A stretch of 64,000 nt of DNA, from assembly GCA_041739575.1 (NCBI GenBank), contig JBGSNT010000290.1:9-64008 (forward strand), given 5' to 3'. The notes beneath the pieces are model-generated. The model worked only from the letters and a program-made list of their open reading frames with translations. It had not been told where the DNA came from and searched no databases. The DNA comes from Nodosilinea sp. GTDB taxonomy: Bacteria > Cyanobacteriota > Cyanobacteriia > Phormidesmidales > Phormidesmidaceae. The position numbers and the translations under genes were made by a program. Shown here piece after piece: positions 20,200 to 29,892 of the stretch (positions are counted from its first letter, which is position 1; every line of letters begins with the position of its first letter).

Positions 20200-20853
20200 C
20201 TAGTTCGACGAGTCGTAGGGCAGATGACCCTGCCAGCGGTTCATGGGTACGCAGTCGATATCGAGCTGGTCGAGGGCGCGAGCTACGACAAAATCGACCA
20301 GGTCATCGATGGTCTGGGGCTGGTGGTACCAGGCGGGGATGGCCGGTACAATGCGGGCCCCCGCCTCCGCCAGGGTGGTCAGGTTGCGCAGGTGAATAAG
20401 GCTAAAGGGGGTCTCCCGCGGCACCAGCACCAGCTTGCGGCCTTCCTTCAGCTGCACATCGGCGGCCCGCTCTAGCAGATCGGAGCTCAGGCCCGCCGCC
20501 AGTCGCCCCACGGTGCTCATGCTGCACGGAATCACCACCATCCCGGCAGCCCGATAGGATCCACTGGCAATGGTAGCCCCCACATCGCCCCAGGGGTGAC
20601 AGCGCAGCTTGCCCAAGCTGGGTACCTCCGCCCGGTCGCGCCAAAACTGCTCCTGCCGCTCTGGGTCGAGGGGCATGTGAATGCCAAGCTCGGCCTGCCA
20701 AACCATCTGCGAGGCTTTAGAAGCCACTAAATCTACTACGCCATCGGCGTTGAGCACATGCCTGAGGGTGCGCACGGCGTAGACCAGCCCTGAGGCCCCG
20801 GTGACCCCAACGATTAGGGGACGGGTAGGGACCGGGGTGGGGGATGGAGACAT
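20200..20853 (-). CDS. ubiX: Flavin prenyltransferase UbiX
   Basis: LIVGVTGASG, PCSMSTVG, LVPRETP motifs, 217 aa. Confidence 0.9.
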   Translation of the reverse strand: MSPSPTPVPTRPLIVGVTGASGLVYAVRTLRHVLNADGVVDLVASKASQMVWQAELGIHMPLDPERQEQFWRDRAEVPSLGKLRCHPWGDVGATIASGSYRAAGMVVIPCSMSTVGRLAAGLSSDLLERAADVQLKEGRKLVLVPRETPFSLIHLRNLTTLAEAGARIVPAIPAWYHQPQTIDDLVDFVVARALDQLDIDCVPMNRWQGHLPYDSSN

Positions 20854-20868
20854 TGGGAAGGGAGTGGA

Positions 20869-21147
20869 AGGGTAGATGGGTCGCGGAAGTTTTAGGTGAT
20901 TTCTGGAAAAGAAGATACCTGATACTGCCTGGTCCTCGGGCTGAATTCCCGCCCCACGCCTTGGCGGGGGCAGGCTCTCCGCGGAAATGACGGGGTAAGT
21001 TCTTCGCTAGAAATCTCCTTAGGGGTGGGCTTGGGGCGAACAGATTCGGGGTTTACCTAACCATCGCCTCTTCATCCTAACGACCCTAGACGCTCAGCGC
21101 TAAAGCCCTATCTCCTTCACCCATCCACACCTTCACCCATCTACCCT
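20869..21147. repeat. Intergenic spacer bracketed by 13-bp terminal inverted repeats (MITE-like or a long-range stem)
   Basis: agggtagatgggt at 20869-20881 is the exact reverse complement of acccatctaccct at 21135-21147. An internal GC hairpin is present (cccgcc...ggcggg), and ttcacccatc occurs twice at the right end. Confidence 0.4.
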
Positions 21148-21189
21148 CCTACCCCCTAACTACCTCTTTCCCATGGACTTTAGCCCTAT

Positions 21190-23577
21190 CTATTCACCCT
21201 CATCCTGCCCGCCTTCACGCCCACTGATGGGGTCGCCGTTGTCATCTTCGGAATACCCGCTCGGATCTTCGTCCTCGGGGGCCTGGCTACCGCCGCCAAC
21301 GGCCACCAAGTCGATCTGCTGGCGGTAGTAGTCGACGCTTTTAACCTGCACATCGACTTTGTCGCCGAGGCGATACTGCTGGCGGTTTTTGCGGCCAACA
21401 AGTTTTTGCTGGCGGGCCCGATACTCGTACCAGTCGTCCTTAAGGGAGCTGACGTGGACGAGGCCTTCGACCAAAAGCTCTTCGATTTCCACAAAGAAGC
21501 CGTAGGACTGTACGCCGGTAATCAGGCCGTGGAAGACCTCGCCGGTATGCGATCGCATAAACTCGGCCTTCTTCAGCCCCTCCAGGTCTGACTCAGCTTC
21601 CTGGGCCAGCCGTTCCCGCTCGGTCAGGTGAATGGCGATGCGGGGGATGTCATCCTCTAGCTCATGCTGAATTTCAGGGGGCAGCACGTTCCAGTTAACC
21701 TGGCCGTGGCAGGAGCTATGGCGCAGGTTGGCGGGGTCTTTGGACCGAGTGGAGCGGCGATCGCGGCCCGACTCAAACACCGCGTGGAGAATGCGGTGCA
21801 CCAGTAGGTCAGCGTAGCGCCGGGAGGGGGAGGTGAAATGGGTATAGCCCTCGCTCAGGGCCAGCCCAAAGTGCAGATCGGCGTGGGCGCTGTAGAAGGC
21901 TGGCTGAATTGTTTCCAGCAGCAGGTAGGTGAGAATTTTCTCTGCCCCAGAGGCGGCAAACTGCTCCACAAACCGCTGGTAATCCTTGGGCTGGGGAGCC
22001 GTTTCGTCGTCCAGGCTGAGCTGAATCTCCATATTTTCGGCCAGCTTGACTAGCTCCTGCACATCGCTGGCATCGGGAGCCCGGTGCAGTCGATAGATGG
22101 CAGGCACCCCCAGAGCCTTGAGCTGCTGGGCGATTAGCTGATTGGCCAGCAGCATGCACTCGGTCACAATCTGGCGCGAGGGCAGGCTGGTGGCGGTAAC
22201 CATCACCCCCAGCAGCCCCTCGTCGTCGTACTGAAACTTGGGGGAGCGGTAGTGGGCCAGGGGCTCTCCCGCATCGGCGGGAAAGTCGTACTCGGGCAAG
22301 TTGAGCTCAAATGCCCCCCGGTGTAGGCGCTGCCGCTTGACCGCCTGACTCAGGTAGAGCAGGTTATCTAGCAGGTCGTAGACTGGCTCCAGGGACTTGA
22401 GCACCTTGGGCTTAATGCCTAGGCTCTTAATCACGTCGGAGTTATCCCGTTCCAGCACCGCCTGGGCTTCTTGGTAGGAAATTTGGTGGTCTACGCTCAC
22501 CACAGTGGGCTGTACTTCGTACTCCAGGACAGCGCCGGTATCGTCGAGGGTGACCAGCACCGAAATGGCTAGGCGGTCTTTGCCCGCCAGCAGCGACCCC
22601 AGCGGCCCCGACAGGGGCAGGGGCAACATCGGAATTACCTCGTCGCCCAGGTACACCGAGGTGCCCCGTTTGAAGGCTTCTTGGTCAATGGGGGTGTGGG
22701 CCGCGACGTAGTGGGAAATGTCGGCGATGTGAATGCCCAATCGCCACTGCCCCTTTTCGGTGCGATCGAGGGTGAGGGCATCGTCAATCACCTGGGCGTT
22801 GGGGCCGTCTATGGCCAGGGTGAGCGCCTCCCGCAGATCGAGCCGGTCTTTGAGGTCGGCCTTGAGAACGCGGGTGGGCAGCTCCTGGGCGGCGGCGAGC
22901 ACGGCCTCAGAAAACTTGCGGGGCAAGTCGTGCTTGCAGTAGACAATGTCGATGTCGGCGGCGGCCTCTGCGTCACTGCCCAAAATCTGGGCGACCCGGC
23001 CCTGGGGCGGATTTTGCCCCAGGGGGTAGCGCACCACCTCAACGTGGGCCAGCTGATCGACGGCTTCGGCTAGAGCGATACCGTTTTCCATCAGGGCTAG
23101 CTCAAACAGCAGGCGATCGTCGAGGGGCACAGCCCGGTACTCCTCGGCCTCCTGCTTGACCCGAGCCAGCACCGACGCATTGGCCCGCTCGAGAATGAGC
23201 TGTACCTCCCCCTCAGGGCTGCGGCGGCGGCTGCCTTCTTTAGTCACCTTGACCAGCACGCGATCGCCGTTCCAGGCGGTATTGAGCTGGCTTTCGCGAA
23301 CATAGATATCGTCGGCCCCCTCCTCATCTTGAATGGCGAAGCAAAAGCCCTTGCTGGAGCAGCGGAGCTTGCCCTCCACCACATCCTCCGCTAGGTCGCG
23401 GCGGTACTTACCCCGCTCCTTGACTAGGACCCCCAAGCGCTCCAGGGCATCGACGGCAATTTGCAGGTCGCGCTGGCTGGCATCGTCATTGCAGTGCAGT
23501 TTTTTCTCTAGGGATTTGAGGGTGTGCGTTTTTTCTTTAGCGAAGCTTGCCAGTAAGGCCGCAATCGAGAGTTCCAT
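21190..23577 (-). CDS. rnr: Ribonuclease R / RNase II family 3'-5' exoribonuclease
   Basis: Cold-shock-like N-terminal domains, RNB catalytic domain (IDGPNAQVIDDALTL), C-terminal S1 domain, acidic tail. Confidence 0.9.
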   Translation of the reverse strand: MELSIAALLASFAKEKTHTLKSLEKKLHCNDDASQRDLQIAVDALERLGVLVKERGKYRRDLAEDVVEGKLRCSSKGFCFAIQDEEGADDIYVRESQLNTAWNGDRVLVKVTKEGSRRRSPEGEVQLILERANASVLARVKQEAEEYRAVPLDDRLLFELALMENGIALAEAVDQLAHVEVVRYPLGQNPPQGRVAQILGSDAEAAADIDIVYCKHDLPRKFSEAVLAAAQELPTRVLKADLKDRLDLREALTLAIDGPNAQVIDDALTLDRTEKGQWRLGIHIADISHYVAAHTPIDQEAFKRGTSVYLGDEVIPMLPLPLSGPLGSLLAGKDRLAISVLVTLDDTGAVLEYEVQPTVVSVDHQISYQEAQAVLERDNSDVIKSLGIKPKVLKSLEPVYDLLDNLLYLSQAVKRQRLHRGAFELNLPEYDFPADAGEPLAHYRSPKFQYDDEGLLGVMVTATSLPSRQIVTECMLLANQLIAQQLKALGVPAIYRLHRAPDASDVQELVKLAENMEIQLSLDDETAPQPKDYQRFVEQFAASGAEKILTYLLLETIQPAFYSAHADLHFGLALSEGYTHFTSPSRRYADLLVHRILHAVFESGRDRRSTRSKDPANLRHSSCHGQVNWNVLPPEIQHELEDDIPRIAIHLTERERLAQEAESDLEGLKKAEFMRSHTGEVFHGLITGVQSYGFFVEIEELLVEGLVHVSSLKDDWYEYRARQQKLVGRKNRQQYRLGDKVDVQVKSVDYYRQQIDLVAVGGGSQAPEDEDPSGYSEDDNGDPISGREGGQDEGE

Positions 23578-23982
23578 GTAGCGAATGGTTCCTAAAACTA
23601 TTCATGACTGGGGTGCCCTGGGTCGGGCTGTATAACCAAAAAAGCCGGGGTCACACCGCTGCAACATTCTGCCTGTGGCAACGAGGCAAAACCGCAACAA
23701 GGGATGAAGCTGTGGCTAACACCGGCTCCAGACCCGTTTACCAAGAAAGGCATCAGGTACCCAGCTTCTGCCCGTAATTGGGGTCGGGCAAAGTGCCACC
23801 GACGCCCAAGTGTACCTACTACAGCCCCAGGTGAACCCGATCCAGGCGACAACCGCAACCCCCAACAGACCCATAGCCAGAGCCATTCCAGCCATAGGGG
23901 CACGTTATCCTCTACAGTTTCTCAGGAAACGGGACGCTGTCAAACCTTTTTGTCAATGGTAGACAACGTTTTGTGAAGCAAT

Positions 23983-24014
23983 ATAAAAAACGAGGACTCA
24001 ACCCAGGTCCGTCG
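23983..24014 (-). terminator. Intrinsic terminator downstream of phoU
   Basis: On the minus strand, CGA(C)GGAC-9 nt-GTCCTCG followed by TTTTTTAT. It begins 12 nt after the phoU stop. Confidence 0.5.
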
Positions 24015-24025
24015 ACTCCCGGCAA

Positions 24026-24691
24026 TCAGGTCCGTTCACCGGTGACCACGTAGGCGACCCGCTTGCCAATGTTGGTGGCGTGGTCAGCGATCCGCTCCAG
24101 GTAGCGAATGGCCAGCACCAGCAGCACCGTGGGTTCCACCGATCCGATCAGATTGGTCTGATGGGCCAGCAGGGCGTAGAGGTCTTCGTAGTCGGTGTCG
24201 ATGGCGTCGTCTTTTTGCTTAATCTCCAGCCCGCTTTCAGCATCCAGGTTAGACACCGATAACAGGCTCATGGCCACCATCGACCGACAGCGATCGAGCA
24301 TAGTCTGCACCCGCCCCATCAGGGGGTGTACCGGGTAGGGAAACAGTTTGATCGCCACCTCGCCGATATCTTCGGCATAGTCCCCAATGCGCTCCAGGTC
24401 GCGAATCATCTGCATAAACGCGCCAATCCGGCGGAGCTCTTCGGGCCCGGGCGACTGGAGGGTGAACAGATGCATGCAGTCCAGCTCGATCTGGCGATAG
24501 AACTGGTCCACCTGCTTGTCGTGGGCTTTGAGCTTTTGAGCAGCATCGAGGTCGCGATCGCACAACGCTTCTCGGGCGAACACACAGGAGTTTTCTACCA
24601 AAGCTCCCATGCGCAGTAGATCTCGCTGCACCCGCAGGATCTGACGCTCAAAGTCGCCGCGGGCAGGATTAGTTGTATTTAGGTCAAACAT
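24026..24691 (-). CDS. phoU: Phosphate signalling complex protein PhoU
   Basis: 221 aa, two PhoU repeats (ERIGDYAEDI and ERIADHATNI). Confidence 0.9.
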   Translation of the reverse strand: MFDLNTTNPARGDFERQILRVQRDLLRMGALVENSCVFAREALCDRDLDAAQKLKAHDKQVDQFYRQIELDCMHLFTLQSPGPEELRRIGAFMQMIRDLERIGDYAEDIGEVAIKLFPYPVHPLMGRVQTMLDRCRSMVAMSLLSVSNLDAESGLEIKQKDDAIDTDYEDLYALLAHQTNLIGSVEPTVLLVLAIRYLERIADHATNIGKRVAYVVTGERT

Positions 24692-24946
24692 TTATAGATT
24701 AATTATGTCGAAAAGAAATTTAAAGAGCGATCTAAGCAGGCAGAGAGGATTGGGCCCTGTCCAGGGCGGCTACCCCGCTGTTTGCTAAGGGAGGCAGTGA
24801 CCCCAGCCCAGCTGTATTGGTTCCTATTAAGCTCTGTAACAGTTAGGTCAGCCAGCCTCGCGCAGTTTCCCATCTTAGTTAACAATCGGTCTAGACCATT
24901 CGTCGACTGCGACTTTTCAATTCACCCCGTTTCGAGGAGTATTTTT

Positions 24947-25042
24947 ATGCCCCTTTCAGACACTCAGATTTTCATTGCCCTCGCTCTAGCTCTATTGCCT
25001 GGTATTCTGGCACTTCGCCTATCCACCGAGCTTTATAAATAG
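24947..25042 (+). CDS. psaM: Photosystem I reaction centre subunit XII (PsaM)
   Basis: 31-aa [31 protein letters not shown], the conserved PsaM sequence. GAGGAG sits 7 nt upstream. It is hidden as the tail of track ORF 24782-25042. Confidence 0.85.
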   Translation: MPLSDTQIFIALALALLPGILALRLSTELYK

Positions 25043-25088
25043 GTTAAGTTAGCAGGCATTTTATCGCCCTGCAGCTGCAACCCACGCT

Positions 25089-25127
25089 AAAAAGGTCTGC
25101 GATGATCCGTCACCGCAGACCTTTTTC
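25089..25127. terminator. Bidirectional intrinsic terminator between psaM (+) and pyk (-)
   Basis: Stem ggtctgcg (25094-25101) pairs with cgcagacc (25114-25121), flanked by AAAAA (25089-25093) and TTTTT (25122-25126). Confidence 0.6.
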
Positions 25128-25187
25128 ATGAAACCCTGACAAAGTAGCCAGGCCGCCAGGCCCTTTTTTGCCCCTCTGGCGGAGAGA

Positions 25188-26975
25188 TTACAGGCTCATG
25201 GCAGGTTCATTCTTCACCGGCCCCAGGGCACCGGAATAGACCAGGCCCCGTCGGGTGTCGAGGGTTAAAATAGTTCCATCACGAATAATCTCCGTGGCGT
25301 TTTTGACCCCCACGATGACCGGCACCCCAAGGCGCAGACCAATCACCGCCGCGTGGCCGGTGGGGCTATCGTCTTCGGTGACAACCCCTCCGGCCCGACG
25401 AATTACCTCGACAAAGTCGGCGCTGGTGTGGGCCACCACTAAAATCTCGCCGTCGTTAAAGTCCTTGATATCCAGGCTGTTGCGGGCCACCCTCGCTCGC
25501 CCACTGACGGAGGCCTCGCCAATGCCAACGCCCCGGCCCAGCACCGCCGTCACCACGTCTACTTTAATCAGGTCGGTAGATCCTGAGACCCCCTGTAACG
25601 TGCCCGCCGTCAGCACCACCAAGTCACCGTCCTGGAGGAGATGCTTCTCCTGGGCCACCCCCATGGCTGCCTGAAAGGTCTGGGTACTAGAGGGCAAGTC
25701 CAGCACGAGGAGCGGCTTGACCCCCCACACCAGCTGGAGTTGGCGGGCCACATGGACGTGGGGGGTAACCGCCAAAATGGGGGTTTGGGGCCGATACTTC
25801 GACACACTGCGGGCGGTAGCGCCGGATTTTGTCAGGGTCATAATCGCCGCCGCGTTGAGCTGAGCCGCAATGCGCCCCACCGCCTGGCTAATGGCATTGG
25901 GAATGGACCGGACACCGCTGTCTCTGCGATCGCCCAGGGTCAACCCCTCCTGCTCGGTGCACACCGCCACCTTCGCCATGGTAGCGACCGCCTCCACCGG
26001 AAACTTGCCTACGGCGGTTTCGTTGGAGAGCATCACCGCGTCGGTACCGTCGAGAATGGCGTTGGCAATGTCGGATACCTCCGCCCGCGTAGGGCGAGGA
26101 TTAGACACCATGCTGTCGAGCATCTGGGTAGCCGTAATTACCGGAATGCCCAGGGAATTTGCCATGGCAATCAGGCGCTTCTGCAAAATCGGCACCTCCT
26201 CAGCGGGCAGTTCCACCCCCAGGTCACCCCGGGCCACCATCACCCCGTCGGACAGCGATAGAATCGCCTCCATCTGTTCGATCGCCTCGTGCTTTTCGAT
26301 CTTGACTATCACCGGCACATGCTTCCCGGCAGCGGCGATGATCTCCTTAATTTCCAGCACGTCCTGAGGGTTGCGCACAAAGCTGAGGGCGACCCAATCG
26401 ACCCCCTGGTTAAGACCAAACATCAAGTCTTCGCGGTCTTTGTCCGTCAGCGCCTTGACCGATAGATAAACCCCTGGGAAGTTCACCCCCTTGTTGTTCG
26501 ACAGGGTGCCCCCCACCACCACACGACAGTGCAACTCCAGGGTTTCAAGATTCACCGACTCCACCTGCATCTCGACTTTGCCGTCGTCCAGCAGGATGGT
26601 GGAACCGGCTGGCACCTCCTGGGCCAGTTTGTCGTAGGTGACACAAGCTCGCTCATGGTTGCCCACAATAATCTCGCTGGTGAGCACAAAGCTGTCGCCC
26701 TTCGCCAGCTGAATAGAGCCTTGCTCAAACTTGCCCAGGCGAATCTTCGGCCCCTGGAGGTCTTGCAGAATGCCCACCGGCTGGTTGAGCTCAAAGGAAA
26801 TCTGCCGGATCAGCCGAATGCTGCGCTGGTGGTCGTCGTGGCTACCGTGGGAAAAATTGAGCCGTAGGGTGGTAGCCCCAGCCTCAATCAGCGCCCTCAA
26901 AACATCAGCATCCTGGGTGGCGGGGCCGATCGTGGCAACAATCTTGGCGCGGCGGCGGGGGGTGCGCAGGGGCAT
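25188..26975 (-). CDS. pyk: Pyruvate kinase with a C-terminal PEP-utiliser mobile domain
   Basis: KIVATIGPA, MVARGDLGVE, and about 100 extra C-terminal residues (TSHAAVIG-like: PTGHAAVIGLRLGVPVIVG). Confidence 0.95.
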   Translation of the reverse strand: MPLRTPRRRAKIVATIGPATQDADVLRALIEAGATTLRLNFSHGSHDDHQRSIRLIRQISFELNQPVGILQDLQGPKIRLGKFEQGSIQLAKGDSFVLTSEIIVGNHERACVTYDKLAQEVPAGSTILLDDGKVEMQVESVNLETLELHCRVVVGGTLSNNKGVNFPGVYLSVKALTDKDREDLMFGLNQGVDWVALSFVRNPQDVLEIKEIIAAAGKHVPVIVKIEKHEAIEQMEAILSLSDGVMVARGDLGVELPAEEVPILQKRLIAMANSLGIPVITATQMLDSMVSNPRPTRAEVSDIANAILDGTDAVMLSNETAVGKFPVEAVATMAKVAVCTEQEGLTLGDRRDSGVRSIPNAISQAVGRIAAQLNAAAIMTLTKSGATARSVSKYRPQTPILAVTPHVHVARQLQLVWGVKPLLVLDLPSSTQTFQAAMGVAQEKHLLQDGDLVVLTAGTLQGVSGSTDLIKVDVVTAVLGRGVGIGEASVSGRARVARNSLDIKDFNDGEILVVAHTSADFVEVIRRAGGVVTEDDSPTGHAAVIGLRLGVPVIVGVKNATEIIRDGTILTLDTRRGLVYSGALGPVKNEPAMSL

Positions 26976-27164
26976 AGACGACCTCTACTGAGAACTGAGA
27001 ATAAAACGCCACCCGAGCCAGACCTTAGCTCAGCCTAAACCGGGTGCAATAAAGCACAGGGATACTATCACGAATGCCGATGGGCTTTACGCCCCGCTCC
27101 CAAACCAACAAAAATTTCAGCGTTTTTACGGACGAAGGACCGCATCCCGGCAGCTATCCGACTA

Positions 27165-27197
27165 TTCCCTAGACCCTTGCGGCCCAGGTCTAGGGAA
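27165..27197. promoter_or_regulatory. Perfect 11-bp inverted repeat (hairpin or operator) upstream of crtR
   Basis: ttccctagacc (27165-27175), an 11-nt spacer, then ggtctagggaa (27187-27197). It lies about 90 nt upstream of the crtR ATG and 52 nt upstream of a TATACT box (27249-27254). Confidence 0.4.
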
Positions 27198-27285
27198 CGT
27201 TACTTCTCAGGCTGCGTCACAAATCTTTATTATTCAGGCGTCGTAACGTATACTACCAAAGGTGTTGGTGTAGGAGCGATGCGAC

Positions 27286-28173
27286 ATGTCGGCGGCAGTT
27301 GAGCCCCTGACGATTCGAAAAACAGTACCCCCCGAGTTACTTAAAACTGAGGGCGGGCTAAGCCCTAATGCCCTCATGTTCATAGCCTCCGTTGGGCTAA
27401 TTACTGTATCTACGGTGGGCTATTTTTGCTGGCACTGGCCCGGCTGGTGCGTCTTTGCGATGAATGTGCTGTCTCTGCACCTATCAGGAACCGTAATCCA
27501 TGACGCCAGCCACAACTCGGCTCACCGCAACCGGGCGGTCAACGCCCTGTTGGGTCACGGCAGCGCCCTGATTTTGGGCTTTTCCTTTCCGGTGTTTACG
27601 CGGGTACACTTGCAGCACCATGCCCATGTGAATGATCCCGAAAACGACCCGGACCACTACGTCTCAACGGGAGGCCCCCTGTGGCTGATTGCGGCGCGTT
27701 TCTTTTACCACGAGATCTACTTCTTCAAGCGCCGCCTGTGGCGCAATTGGGAGCTGCTGGAATGGTTCTTGGGACGCCTTGCTGTAGGGCTACTCGTCTT
27801 TATAGCCTGGCGGTTTGATTTTCTGGGCTACATCTTTAACTACTGGTTTTCCCCCGCTTTGGTGGTGGGCATTGCCCTGGGGCTGTTTTTTGACTATCTC
27901 CCCCATCGGCCCTTTAAAGACCGCGATCGCTGGAAGAATGCGCGGGTTTATCCCAGCCCCATTCTCAACATTCTGATCATGGGCCAAAACTATCATCTGG
28001 TTCACCATCTATGGCCATCAGTGCCCTGGTACAAATATCAGGGTACCTATAGGGTGATGCAACCCCTGCTGGACCAGAAGGGGTCACCCCAATCCCTGGG
28101 CCTGCTACAGATGAAAGACTTCTTTGGCTTTCTCTACGACCTGGTGCTGGGCATTCGGTTCAAGGGTCATTAG
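27286..28173 (+). CDS. crtR: Beta-carotene hydroxylase CrtR (fatty-acid-desaturase fold)
   Basis: Three His boxes: HDASHNSAH, HLQHHAHVN, HLVHHLWPSVPWY. 295 aa, membrane protein. Confidence 0.85.
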   Translation: MSAAVEPLTIRKTVPPELLKTEGGLSPNALMFIASVGLITVSTVGYFCWHWPGWCVFAMNVLSLHLSGTVIHDASHNSAHRNRAVNALLGHGSALILGFSFPVFTRVHLQHHAHVNDPENDPDHYVSTGGPLWLIAARFFYHEIYFFKRRLWRNWELLEWFLGRLAVGLLVFIAWRFDFLGYIFNYWFSPALVVGIALGLFFDYLPHRPFKDRDRWKNARVYPSPILNILIMGQNYHLVHHLWPSVPWYKYQGTYRVMQPLLDQKGSPQSLGLLQMKDFFGFLYDLVLGIRFKGH

Positions 28174-28515
28174 GCCGGGGCATACCCCGTTCCTGTCCCT
28201 TTGCTGGGGATAGAACTGTTACTAAGAACTCCTCAGAACTAGGCCTTTGGCTGCCGTCTGCGGGGTTCTTGGTTAGTTATAGCCAATGCCAACCGGCTGG
28301 GTTTCAGGTAGCTACTTCGCACCAGCCTCTGGATCGATGGCTATGGGTCAGTGAGCCGCCCCGGTTAAGGCCAGAATCGTGCCCCCTGTCCTAATCGATT
28401 GCCCCATCACTCCCCTGGGGGACAGGCCGAAAGGAAAGCCCCATTTTCTTAACACACGGGGCCATTGCTATGTATCGCGACTGGAGGCTCCAAAGGCTTT
28501 AGCCCGTTACAGGAC

Positions 28516-28914
28516 TCAGCCCGTTACCACTAGATCGGGCCGCAGCTCACGGGCCCCGCGCAGGTAGACGTGCTTTACCTTGTCGTGCAGTACGGGAAGT
28601 TGTACATGCATAAGGACTCGAATGCAGCAGGGCAGACTACCTTCCACATGCATGTGCTGCACGTCGAGTAGGGCAACATTGTCCCAGCGGGGGCGCTGAC
28701 GGGCGATCGCCGCCGGAAAGACCGCATCCAAATCTCGGGTGACCGAAAAGGTGGCGCTGATAATGCAGGTGGGGTCGAGTTGGTTGCCCGCCTCTAGGGC
28801 ATCCATTAGCTCGGTTACCGCCTCCCCAATGGCCGCCTCGGTATTTTCTGGTACCGTCACCGCTCCCCGAATTGCCCACACTCGCCAGTCCACGCCACAA
28901 CCTCCCAAGGTCAT
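28516..28914 (-). CDS. aroH: Chorismate mutase, AroH class
   Basis: IRGAVTV...SATFSVTRDLDAVFPA...CIRVLMHV...HVYLRGARELRPDL aligns with Bacillus AroH. A GTG at 28881 is an alternative, shorter start. Confidence 0.85.
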   Translation of the reverse strand: MTLGGCGVDWRVWAIRGAVTVPENTEAAIGEAVTELMDALEAGNQLDPTCIISATFSVTRDLDAVFPAAIARQRPRWDNVALLDVQHMHVEGSLPCCIRVLMHVQLPVLHDKVKHVYLRGARELRPDLVVTG

Positions 28915-29031
28915 TCGCCAAAACCCCAGGCGCTCTACAGCGGTGACCTGGAGCAGAGAATTGACTTTATCTTACTTTTTTCATCCTACCAGCCTAGGGA
29001 TCGGCCCAGCTTCTTCAGCTCATCCAGGGGC

Positions 29032-29892
29032 TTAGGGGCGATACAACCATAGGGGCAGACCGCTAGTGCTGCGCTCAAACTCGAGCCACTCTAGGGCGGC
29101 GTTGAGGGCAGGCACCGCCAGACCTGGGTAGGCCAGCCCAGCCTGAGGGATAACAACCCGACTGCTGCCGGGCACTAGGCGGCGCAGCAAAGGCTTCTTC
29201 TCGTCAAAGGTGATGCACTCGGCTCGATCCGGGTCGAGCCCGGCGAGCTCAGCGGCCCATCGGCGGGCCTCCTCTTCACTCCCCAAGCGGTCTACCACGC
29301 CCAGCTGCACCGCCTGTTCGCCGGTAAAAATGCGCCCGTCGGCAAAACTGCGCACGGTGTCTTCGCTGAGGTGGCGGGCTTCGGCTACGGTTTTGACAAA
29401 CTGGCCATAGCTGACGTCAATGAGCTCCTGCAAAATCGTCTTCTCGGGGTCGGTGAGCTCGCGATCGAAGGAGAGAATGTCTTTGTAGGGGCCCGACTTG
29501 ATGACTTTAAATGACACCCCGACGCGGTCGAGCAGACGCTCTAGGTTATTGCCCCGCAAAATCACGCCAATGCTGCCGGTGATGGTGCCGGGGTTGGCCA
29601 TGATGTGGTCAGCGCCCATGCCGATGTAGACCCCACCGGAGGCCGAGATATTGCCAAAGCTAGCCACAATCTTAAGTTTTTCCTTGAGCCGCTTGAGGGC
29701 GGTGTAGATTTCCTGGGAATCCCCCACTGTGCCGCCTGGGCTATCAATGCGCAACAGTAGGGCGGGGAAGTGCTTTTCTTCGATGGTCTTTAGCGCTTCG
29801 AGCAGGCGCTTGCGGGTCGCACCAGCAATCACGCCCGTCACTTCGATGCGGGCAATGGATTTGCGAGAACGGGGAGAAAAGGGCCAGACCAT
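29032..29892 (-). CDS. sppA: Signal peptide peptidase SppA, 36K type
   Basis: IDSPGGTV and SGGVYIGMGAD motifs. Start trimmed to MVWPFSPRSRKSIARIEV at 29892 (the track ORF extends to 30084). Confidence 0.85.
   Translation of the reverse strand: MVWPFSPRSRKSIARIEVTGVIAGATRKRLLEALKTIEEKHFPALLLRIDSPGGTVGDSQEIYTALKRLKEKLKIVASFGNISASGGVYIGMGADHIMANPGTITGSIGVILRGNNLERLLDRVGVSFKVIKSGPYKDILSFDRELTDPEKTILQELIDVSYGQFVKTVAEARHLSEDTVRSFADGRIFTGEQAVQLGVVDRLGSEEEARRWAAELAGLDPDRAECITFDEKKPLLRRLVPGSSRVVIPQAGLAYPGLAVPALNAALEWLEFERSTSGLPLWLYRP

Noticed and set aside
23716-23895. 59-codon minus-strand ORF (MAGMALAMGLLGVAVVAWIGFTWG...) with a hydrophobic N-terminus, between rnr and phoU.
   Set aside because: T-rich third positions are unlike those of neighbouring genes. 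The second half is not protein-like, the only GAGGA is 14 nt upstream, and it is below the track threshold. It cannot be supported without conservation data.
24692-24760. Pho-box-like 8-3-8-3-8 arrangement (CTTTAAAT/TTTTCGAC/ATTAATCT, minus strand) directly upstream of phoU.
   Set aside because: The match to the PyTTAAPyPy(T/A) repeat consensus is weak. It abuts the start codon and leaves no room for a -10 element.
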